A DNA stretch of 64,000 bases from Candidatus Pacearchaeota archaeon. Lineage in GTDB: Archaea > Nanobdellota > Nanobdellia > Pacearchaeales > GW2011-AR1. The notes under the pieces are model-generated. The model saw only the letters and a program-made list of their open reading frames with translations, did no database searches and was not told where the DNA came from. The translations under genes were made by a program, and so were the position numbers. The DNA lies in contig JAGLOA010000001.1 of the NCBI GenBank assembly GCA_023139205.1, positions 906 through 64,905 on the forward strand, given 5' to 3'. Each line of letters begins with the position of its first letter. The stretch's first letter is position 1. This document shows positions 29,172 through 36,535 of the stretch, piece by piece.

Positions 29172-29825
29172 ATGAAAACATTAAATAAACACATTAAATG
29201 GAGAAAAGAAAAAGAAATACTTATTTGCGATTGCAAGAGAAATATCAACTTAAAAGTTCCTTTAAAATACGAAAAAGAATTAATTAAACTAGAAAAAGGA
29301 GAAAAAATAAATGAAAAATTAGAATTAGACTTTAAAAAATTAGGATTTTTAGTTGATTTAGAAATAAAACAAATAAACGATCTAAATGAATTATTTAAAT
29401 TATTAGACAAATTCCTAAAAAGAGCAAGAACAAATAGTTTTCTAACAAAAAGATACAAAGAAAATCCAAAGTTATTTATTGGAATTTATTTAGATAAAGA
29501 ATTAATTGGAGCAATAGGTGGTTTTTATAGAGAAGATTATTCTTTAATAAGTGAATTAGCTATTGATTCAAAATTTAGAAGAAGGGGCTTTGCAACTTTA
29601 TTAGTAAAAGAATTTGAGAAAAAAGCAGGAAAAATACAAGTTGGTGCTTTAGATGAAGCTATTGGTTTTTATGAATCACTTGGGTATGAATCTTATTTAT
29701 TTGTTCAAAAAGACAAAGAAAATTTCTATATAAAACATACCTCTGATTTAAAAAGAATTATAGAATTAAGAAAAAAATGCCCAAGTTTATGTTTCCAATA
29801 CATATTCAGGAAATATTGGGAGTGA
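29172..29825 (+). CDS. GNAT-family N-acetyltransferase with N-terminal extension
   Basis: C-terminal GNAT motif A FRRRGFATLLV; upstream 23-nt promoter-like sequence identical to that upstream of 39495. Confidence 0.5.
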   Translation: MKTLNKHIKWRKEKEILICDCKRNINLKVPLKYEKELIKLEKGEKINEKLELDFKKLGFLVDLEIKQINDLNELFKLLDKFLKRARTNSFLTKRYKENPKLFIGIYLDKELIGAIGGFYREDYSLISELAIDSKFRRRGFATLLVKEFEKKAGKIQVGALDEAIGFYESLGYESYLFVQKDKENFYIKHTSDLKRIIELRKKCPSLCFQYIFRKYWE

Positions 29826-29846
29826 AAGTTCCTAAAAAATAAAAAA

Positions 29847-29874
29847 AACTTATAAATATTTTCTATTTCTTCTT
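29847..29874 (+). repeat. direct repeat R2 (28-nt partial copy, TATA-like AACTTATAAATATTTTC) upstream of the precursor-rSAM operon
   Basis: 28/28 identical to 28994-29021. Confidence 0.6.
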
Positions 29875-29953
29875 ACTCAAAATCTTTTTCTTTTCACCTG
29901 CCAGAAAATTGAAGTATAGAAATCTATTTAAACTTTGAAGTGTGTAGAAAATT

Positions 29954-30118
29954 ATGGAAAAACTTGAAGCAAAAGCTGAAGAATTTGTTGGAAAAATGGA
30001 ACTTCGTTGCAAAGGTTGGTGCCATGACAAATATGAAATGAGATGTAAAGGATGGTGTCATGATGGAACTCCAAAAATGTATGACACAGATTTTCCAAAT
30101 GTTGAATACTTTAATTAA
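29954..30118 (+). CDS. candidate RiPP precursor peptide (54 aa) with tandem RCKGWCHD core repeats
   Basis: MEKLEAKAEEFVGKMELRCKGWCHDKYEMRCKGWCHDGTPKMYDTDFPNVEYFN; ends 36 nt upstream of the rSAM/SPASM gene; below the 60-aa ORF-track cutoff. Coordinates anchored on the antisense ORF 29924..30226 frame. Confidence 0.5.
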   Translation: MEKLEAKAEEFVGKMELRCKGWCHDKYEMRCKGWCHDGTPKMYDTDFPNVEYFN

Positions 30119-30154
30119 ATGCAAAAAGAAAAACTTTTCTTGAATCTTTTTTAG

Positions 30155-31564
30155 ATGAGACTTTCTAAATTTACCCATGTTTATGAATGTATTTATGAAG
30201 AAAACTGCTATTACCTTATTAGACATTCAATAACAAATAAATCTTTCTTTTTTACTGAAAAGGATTTTAACAAATTAGTTGAGGATTTAAAAAGCAAGAA
30301 AGAAACAGATGAAATAAACATCTTAAAGCAGAATCATCTTTTAGTCCAGGATTCTTATTCTGAAACTAAATTTGTTAATTACTTAAAAGAATCTAATAAT
30401 CTAAATAAATTTGATTTAGAATTAATCTATTTAATTTTTAATACTAGTTGTAATCTTAGATGTAAATATTGTTATGTAGAAGGAAGTGCCAAACTAGGGT
30501 TTAAGAATGATTCTATGAATGAAAAAACTTTTAATAAATTGATGGATTATCTTAATAAATTAATCCAACATCAAAAAAGGAAGAATCCTCTCAAAAATAA
30601 ATTAACTTTTATTTATTATGGGTCTGAACCCCTGATGTCAAAAAATTTTTTTATAAAAAGCTTAAAAATAATTCAAAAAATTTGTAATGAGAATAAAATC
30701 ACCCCAGATTTTCAAATAACTACTAATGGAACTCTTTTTGATGATGCGATTATAAAAGCAATGAAAGAATTTAAGGTTGGTGTTTCAATTTCTTTGGATG
30801 GAGAAAAAAAGATTAATGATTCTATGAGGATAACACAAAGTGGGAGGGGAAGTTATGATAAAATAATTATTGCAATAAATCTTTTAAAAAAATCAAAGAT
30901 TCCTTTTGGTATCTCTTGCACCATTAGTCAACACAATATAAATCATCTCAAAGAAAATGTAGATCATTTTATCAAATTAGGGGCTAGTAGTGTAGGATTT
31001 AATATACTTTTAAATGCAAGATATTCAAATATCCCTTTGATCCCCTTAACAACCTTAAATAATAATCTTTTGGAGGCTTCAAAAAAAGTTAATGATTTAG
31101 GCTTTTATGAAGATAGAATTCAAAGAAAAGTTCGGGCTTTTAATGGTATTCCCAGATTTAAGGATTGTGGAGGTGTCGGAAATCAATTAGTATTTTTTCC
31201 TAATGGAGACATAGGACCTTGTGAGGCTTATCTTTGCAATAGAAAATTTAATGCAGGAAATATAAAAACACTTAAAATTGAAGAGATTGAAAAAAGCCCT
31301 GTTCTAAAATATTGGACAAAAAGGTATCCTCTGAATATGGAAGAATGTTTATATTGCCCAGCATTGGGGATTTGTGGAGGAGGATGCCCATTTAATGCAG
31401 AAACAATTTCCAAGAAAAATATTTATCAAAGAGATAAACCTTTCTGCGTTCATACAGAGATGGTATTAAATTATTTGCTAAAAAAAAGCATTGAAGATAA
31501 AACAGGAAAAAAAGATCCATATATTAGAGATATAACTTTTATGTATTCAGATAATCTTTTTTAA
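30155..31564 (+). CDS. radical SAM / SPASM-domain peptide-modifying enzyme (N-terminal RRE-like region)
   Basis: CNLRCKYCY (CxxxCxxC), GSEPLM, ISLDG, C-terminal SPASM cysteines CGGVGN..CEAYLC..CLYCPALGICGGGCPFN; about 95-aa N-terminal extension before the rSAM core. Confidence 0.8.
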   Translation: MRLSKFTHVYECIYEENCYYLIRHSITNKSFFFTEKDFNKLVEDLKSKKETDEINILKQNHLLVQDSYSETKFVNYLKESNNLNKFDLELIYLIFNTSCNLRCKYCYVEGSAKLGFKNDSMNEKTFNKLMDYLNKLIQHQKRKNPLKNKLTFIYYGSEPLMSKNFFIKSLKIIQKICNENKITPDFQITTNGTLFDDAIIKAMKEFKVGVSISLDGEKKINDSMRITQSGRGSYDKIIIAINLLKKSKIPFGISCTISQHNINHLKENVDHFIKLGASSVGFNILLNARYSNIPLIPLTTLNNNLLEASKKVNDLGFYEDRIQRKVRAFNGIPRFKDCGGVGNQLVFFPNGDIGPCEAYLCNRKFNAGNIKTLKIEEIEKSPVLKYWTKRYPLNMEECLYCPALGICGGGCPFNAETISKKNIYQRDKPFCVHTEMVLNYLLKKSIEDKTGKKDPYIRDITFMYSDNLF

Positions 31565-32287
31565 TTCATCCAGTGCAAAATCTAAAATTTTCTTATTGTC
31601 TGAATTTTCTTTAAATTTTTTCTCAAAAATTTTAAATCCAAGATTCCTGTTTGAAATTAGTAGATTCTCAAAAATTTTATCAAATTTTTCTATGTCAAAA
31701 TTATTTAGCATTTTTTTATATGGTGGCTTCTCTTGATTTTTTTTGGATATTTTCATTTTTTTAATAGTTGAAATAGTTGAGATATCAACTTCCTCTAAAA
31801 TTTTCTTAGTCATAAACTCTGCATAACCTTCATCAAATTGGATAATTTTCTTATTCCCAATAAATTTATTTTTGTTAAATTTAAATTTTAAATAATTAAT
31901 ATCTTTTTTAATTTTTTTAGACAAATGTAAATGCAATGATTCATGAATTATTAATTCTAAAAAATCAATTGAAAAATATTCCCCTCTGTTAAATGGATTA
32001 AAATTCATTTCAATTATAGAATTTTTTTTAAAATCTATTGTTCCATAAGTCCCATTATTTAATGCACATTTTATTATCTCCTTTGAAATCCTGCTATTAA
32101 AACCATAACTTTCTACTTCTAATAGAACTTTTTCTATAAATCTCTTAAATGAATTATAAAAATAAATTTTTTTTGGAATAGAAATCTCATTTTTTCTGAG
32201 TAATTTTTCTGCAAAAATAATAATTTTTTTAAGATAGTCTTTTTCAAATTTATTAAATGAATTATTTGGACTAATAATTAATTCCAT
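31547..32287 (-). CDS. HExxH metallopeptidase-like protein convergent with the rSAM gene (candidate leader peptidase)
   Basis: LIIHESLHLHL (HExxH) and downstream DEGYAEF; paralogue of 3017..3850 and 34470..35165. Confidence 0.45.
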   Translation of the reverse strand: MELIISPNNSFNKFEKDYLKKIIIFAEKLLRKNEISIPKKIYFYNSFKRFIEKVLLEVESYGFNSRISKEIIKCALNNGTYGTIDFKKNSIIEMNFNPFNRGEYFSIDFLELIIHESLHLHLSKKIKKDINYLKFKFNKNKFIGNKKIIQFDEGYAEFMTKKILEEVDISTISTIKKMKISKKNQEKPPYKKMLNNFDIEKFDKIFENLLISNRNLGFKIFEKKFKENSDNKKILDFALDELKKII

Positions 32288-32323
32288 AATCCATAGAAGA
32301 TTTAATTATTTAAATTACTTGGC

Positions 32324-32385
32324 ATTTTCTATTTCTTCTTTTTCTTCCCCAACAATTTCTTAAATTTTCCTTTCTTTTTTAAAAT
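32324..32385 (+). repeat. direct repeat R3 (native copy, C-terminal coding region of 32329..33750)
   Basis: Encodes ILKKKGKFKKLLGKKKKK* on the minus strand; matches R1. Confidence 0.7.
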
Positions 32386-33750
32386 AAAAAATACATAAAT
32401 AAATGCAACAACTATAATTGTAACTACAATTCCATAATAATCAAAAAATGGCATTTGAATTTGTGCAGGACAAGGAACTGTTTTACTTCCCCCAACACAT
32501 TTTTTAGATGCTTCATCTGGATCATAATAACATTTCCCATCTTTATATAAAACATAATTCACTTTACATGGATCATCTGTAGTACCTTCATTTCCTTCAT
32601 CCCATTCCCATTCAGCTGTCCAAGTATAAGACATAAGTCCATCTTCACAAGTATCATCTGTACTCTTAGAAGAAACACACTTCCCAATTGTTGAAGGATA
32701 ATCTACAAGAGGAGCACAACCAGTTGTATCAAAAGTACATTCATTTTCTGTTCCAGTGGCATAACAAGCTAATCCAGTTCCTTCATTTAAATTAAAATCA
32801 GCACAAGTTTTGCTATTTAATAAAGTTCCATCACAAGTTTCCCCTAAATTTATTTCAGCACCATCACATAATCCTGCTGGATTACATCCAGTACATGATT
32901 CAATATTTAATGTACATTCATTTTCATGCCCCGGAGCATAACAAGATAAAGTTCCTGCAGTACAATCATCTATATTTCCACTACTACAATCTGTAAAAGG
33001 CATATCTGTTCCATCACATTTTTCTCCAGAACCTATTTCATTATTTCCACAATAATCAGAAAAAATTTCTCTCCAACCAGAAATACACCCATCTACCTCG
33101 CTCCACTCACAATAACAAGCCTTAGAATTTGAACTACAATCTATATCATATGTTTCTTTAGCATCATCACTTGCTACACCACAAGGATCAAAACCACATT
33201 CATTTTCATTATAATCTCCACAAGAAGCAACTTCTCCTATTCTACATGAAATAATATTGCAACAAATATTTCTTGAATAATCTTGATATGCTCCAATATG
33301 TGCATTAGTTGTTCCAGATAAAGAAAGAATCCCAACAGAATAATCTTCTTCTGCACAATTTCCTTCAGTATCAACACAAGTTAATCCATTATAACAAACA
33401 TCTTCATCATAAGTTATATCTTGAACTCTTTGAGCATGAGCATTTGTTTTAGAAGACAAACCAATTAATTTATTTGAAGAAATTCCTGCCCCATATATTG
33501 CGTGGTCTGTTAAAGAGCATTCATTTAGTTGAACCCCATTTCCAAAATCACAACACAAAGCATAATTATAATTTCCTTCATCATGAAGTTCTCCATGAGC
33601 ATTTGTAGAAGCAGACAACCCTAAAACAACATGGTCTCCATTGTTAAGGCAATTCTCTTTTGTGTCAACATAGCAAGTTTCAGCAGAAGCAATTCCTAAA
33701 AAAAGAATTAAAACTAAAATCATAAACAAACCTAACACTCTTTTTTTCAT
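32329..33750 (-). CDS. secreted cysteine-rich repeat protein with C-terminal TM anchor and lysine tail
   Basis: Signal peptide, about 60 Cys, repeated S(A/K/G)(S/T)TNAH(G/A/I) units, C-terminal VVTIIVVAFIYVFFILKKKGKFKKLLGKKKKK. Confidence 0.45.
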   Translation of the reverse strand: MKKRVLGLFMILVLILFLGIASAETCYVDTKENCLNNGDHVVLGLSASTNAHGELHDEGNYNYALCCDFGNGVQLNECSLTDHAIYGAGISSNKLIGLSSKTNAHAQRVQDITYDEDVCYNGLTCVDTEGNCAEEDYSVGILSLSGTTNAHIGAYQDYSRNICCNIISCRIGEVASCGDYNENECGFDPCGVASDDAKETYDIDCSSNSKACYCEWSEVDGCISGWREIFSDYCGNNEIGSGEKCDGTDMPFTDCSSGNIDDCTAGTLSCYAPGHENECTLNIESCTGCNPAGLCDGAEINLGETCDGTLLNSKTCADFNLNEGTGLACYATGTENECTFDTTGCAPLVDYPSTIGKCVSSKSTDDTCEDGLMSYTWTAEWEWDEGNEGTTDDPCKVNYVLYKDGKCYYDPDEASKKCVGGSKTVPCPAQIQMPFFDYYGIVVTIIVVAFIYVFFILKKKGKFKKLLGKKKKK

Positions 33751-33793
33751 ATTATATTTAGTAAATTATGTTTTATAAATATTGTTATCTGTT

Positions 33794-34081
33794 TTAAAAA
33801 TAAGAAAATGTTATAATCTTCCAAAGAGAAACATTTAAAGGAGATAAAAATATTACATTTCTATGGGAATAATTGATTTCATTAAATGATTTAGAATCTG
33901 TAATCCATTCTGCAAAGCCATCTTCACAAATTACAGGATAACCTTTTAATTTTTCATTTACAATCTCCTTAAATTTTGGAGAAATTGAAATAAGGGGATT
34001 ATCATGTACCAATCCATACACAAAATAAGAAACTTCTTCTAAATAAATCCTTTTTCCAAATAATAGAGAACATTCTTTCAT
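33794..34081 (-). CDS. hypothetical protein
   Basis: 95-aa ORF between the Cys-rich protein and the precursor-like ORFs. Confidence 0.3.
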   Translation of the reverse strand: MKECSLLFGKRIYLEEVSYFVYGLVHDNPLISISPKFKEIVNEKLKGYPVICEDGFAEWITDSKSFNEINYSHRNVIFLSPLNVSLWKIITFSYF

Positions 34082-34208
34082 TTTTAAAAAATTTAAATTT
34101 TATAATGCAGCACCCAGAGCATATGCGGCCATTCCAGCAGCTACACCCGCGGGAGATAGCACAATTGTCCAAGCACTTTTGAAGCATCCACAACTCATAC
34201 AAGAACAA
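34002..34208 (-). CDS. small cysteine-rich protein; GC-rich island 34105-34200 is open in two overlapping minus frames
   Basis: Track frame: ..KCLDNCAISRGCSCWNGRICSGCCII.. The +1 frame (ATG about 34198 to stop about 34100) gives MSCGCFKSAWTIVLSPAGVAAGMAAYALGAAL and has AT-rich third positions, unlike the track frame. Confidence 0.3.
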   Translation of the reverse strand: MFLYELWMLQKCLDNCAISRGCSCWNGRICSGCCIIKFKFFKNERMFSIIWKKDLFRRSFLFCVWIGT

Positions 34209-34282
34209 GCATTCACATTATACTCTAACTTACTTGCTTCGTCTATATTTGTGTCGTTAAATTCAAGTTTCTCTAGTAAAAT

Positions 34283-34477
34283 TTATGGACGAGGTAAACT
34301 ATTGCAAGAGACATCGCAAACATCACAACGATCGCAGGCAATACAATAATCATCCTTGTTTTTTGGAGAAGGTGATAAAATTTCTGCTTTTGCAAGACTT
34401 TCCAATAAATTAGAATCTTCTGCATCTACTTTTTCTTTTGTATATTTTTCTGATACTTGATTATATTTCTTATTCAT
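34283..34477 (-). CDS. candidate RiPP precursor peptide (64 aa), Cys/Asp-rich C-terminal core
   Basis: Helical leader (DSNLLESLAKAEIL) then DDYCIACDRCDVCDVSCNSLPRP; start overlaps the stop of the HExxH peptidase by 8 nt, in an operon with the rSAM/SPASM gene. Confidence 0.5.
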   Translation of the reverse strand: MNKKYNQVSEKYTKEKVDAEDSNLLESLAKAEILSPSPKNKDDYCIACDRCDVCDVSCNSLPRP

Positions 34478-35165
34478 TTGTATGAATCCTCCCTTTCATC
34501 TCTATAAATTCTTTTGGGGTGACCCCAAAGACCATATTAAATTTTTTATTAACCAAATCATCATTATCTCCTGATTGTATTTGATTTAAAAATTCAAATA
34601 ATTTTTTTCTTCCTTTTTCTTGACTAAGAATTTTATCTATAATAAAATATCCTGCAAAATAATCTTTTTTGTAATCTTTCATCCCCTTTAACAAACATTC
34701 TTCATCCCCTATTTTAAAATCTTTTATATTGAAATTTGGCGAAACAAATTGATACTTAAAATATGTAGCGATTCCTTCATTAATTAATCTTAGATTGGGA
34801 TGTTTCAAACCCCCATAAAATAAATGCGAAATTTCATGTGCAATTATTCCTCTAATTTCTTCTTTTTTATGAATTGTGCATTCTTCAACTACTGAAGGTG
34901 AAAACACAATTATTTTATTAGGATAAGTCACTTGCCCAACTATCCACTTTTCAAATTTATCTCTTCCAGAAAAAAAGATAAATTCTTCAGGAGAATAAAC
35001 TAAACACAACCTAATAGGATTTATGTCTTCTTCAGAATTAAAAAAAGTCTTAATTTCTTGATACATTTTATCTAATTCTAAAGAGTCAATAAAATCTTTA
35101 TCTTTTTCTTCAAATCTTATTAAAAAATTATCTTTTTTCTTTATCATTTTAAGTGTTATAAACAA
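34470..35165 (-). CDS. HExxH metallopeptidase-like protein (candidate leader peptidase)
   Basis: IIAHEISHLFYGG and NEGIATYF; immediately downstream of rSAM 35170..36471. Confidence 0.5.
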   Translation of the reverse strand: MFITLKMIKKKDNFLIRFEEKDKDFIDSLELDKMYQEIKTFFNSEEDINPIRLCLVYSPEEFIFFSGRDKFEKWIVGQVTYPNKIIVFSPSVVEECTIHKKEEIRGIIAHEISHLFYGGLKHPNLRLINEGIATYFKYQFVSPNFNIKDFKIGDEECLLKGMKDYKKDYFAGYFIIDKILSQEKGRKKLFEFLNQIQSGDNDDLVNKKFNMVFGVTPKEFIEMKGRIHTNE

Positions 35166-35169
35166 TTTA

Positions 35170-36471
35170 TTATTTTTCAGGTGTTAAAAATTCCTTTGAC
35201 AAAAGAACTTCTCCTAAATCTTTTGCTTTTGTTTGCATATTCTCAGGAAACTCAGACAAGTTAAAATCTCCTTGTTTTTGAAGATTAATTAAAAAATCTT
35301 TTAATCCCTTATTTGCATAAAGGGTTTGTCCATTAAATAAAGTATACTGGTCTTTAAATTCTTTTCTCCAAACAAAATCTCTGACTAAATATTTTTCATT
35401 TAATTCAACTTTTGGTTTTCCATCTCTTTTTATTTGTTGTTTTAAAGGGGAACTCATTCTTGAATCTTTTCTGTCTAGCTTTTCTCCTTCTTTATAACTT
35501 TCGAATCTACACCCTCCTTGACAGAATTTTACTTCAGCACAATCTTCACATTCATTGGGGATATATTCCTTTTTTCTAAATGGTTCTAATTTCTTCCATA
35601 TATCTTCAAAATTTTCTTCAAGAATATTTCCTTCTTTAAATGGAGAATGTCCGCAGGCTCTGACATCCCCTTTAGGAGAAATAATAAAACTTGTTGATCC
35701 TGCAGAGCAGGTCTTATTAAAAATTCTTTCTTCGCGTAAATGCTTAGGCAAAGCACAAAGAGGAATAACTTCTAAACTGGAAATATTTATCCCAAAGTCC
35801 CCCCTTAATTTTATCAAGTCTTCCAGTGGCTTAATCAAATCTTCTTTTGAAAGAGTGTGGGGTATCTCTTTTTTAGGAGGGTTTACTAAAGGAGTTGCAG
35901 CGAAATTCTTTATGCCATAATTTTCATACAAATATTTTCCTGTTTCATAAACTTCACTTTTGTTTAATTGATGAAATACCATATTTGGAACCACATGAAC
36001 TCCTTTGCGGAGAGCATTTTCTAAATTTTCATAAAATCTGGAGAGATTATTTTTTCCTGTTATTTGCTTATATAATTCCTTTTTATGACTGGGAATAGAA
36101 GTTAAAATTTGCAAATTAGGTTTTAAGAATAAGATTTTATCCAATCTTTCTTTAGTTAATAAAGTTAAATTAGAATTTAAATTATTAAATATTTTAGCTT
36201 CTTCAAATCTTTTCATTAAATATAATGTTACATTAAAATTCGTGAGGGGTTCTCCCCCTGTCAAAACAATGTGAAAAGGTCTTATATCGTTTATTATTTT
36301 ATCTGATAGAATTTTTGCATCTTCTTTTGTCATTTTGTTAGAAGCATTATTTTTTCTCCAATGATTATAACAATAAAAGCATTTATGGTTGCAATCTTCT
36401 GTAACTTCAATTTGCACATTAAGAGGAGATTTTAATCCAACACTTTTTTCCATTTTCCTTATATTTTTCAA
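35170..36471 (-). CDS. radical SAM / SPASM-domain enzyme
   Basis: CNHKCFYCY (CxxxCxxC) near the N-terminus, VLTGGEP, C-terminal Cys cluster CEDCAEVKFCQGGCRFESY (SPASM/twitch-like). Confidence 0.75.
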   Translation of the reverse strand: MKNIRKMEKSVGLKSPLNVQIEVTEDCNHKCFYCYNHWRKNNASNKMTKEDAKILSDKIINDIRPFHIVLTGGEPLTNFNVTLYLMKRFEEAKIFNNLNSNLTLLTKERLDKILFLKPNLQILTSIPSHKKELYKQITGKNNLSRFYENLENALRKGVHVVPNMVFHQLNKSEVYETGKYLYENYGIKNFAATPLVNPPKKEIPHTLSKEDLIKPLEDLIKLRGDFGINISSLEVIPLCALPKHLREERIFNKTCSAGSTSFIISPKGDVRACGHSPFKEGNILEENFEDIWKKLEPFRKKEYIPNECEDCAEVKFCQGGCRFESYKEGEKLDRKDSRMSSPLKQQIKRDGKPKVELNEKYLVRDFVWRKEFKDQYTLFNGQTLYANKGLKDFLINLQKQGDFNLSEFPENMQTKAKDLGEVLLSKEFLTPEK

Positions 36472-36535
36472 GAATTAGGCATCTTGAGACCAACACCTCT
36501 TGTTAATAAAAAAGAATTGGAATTTATATAATCTT

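Noticed and set aside
29924-30226. 100-aa minus-strand ORF overlapping the precursor peptide and the rSAM start
   Set aside because: Antisense to a compact, motif-rich plus-strand small ORF and to the rSAM gene start; low-complexity F/K/I-rich translation typical of AT-rich antisense frames.
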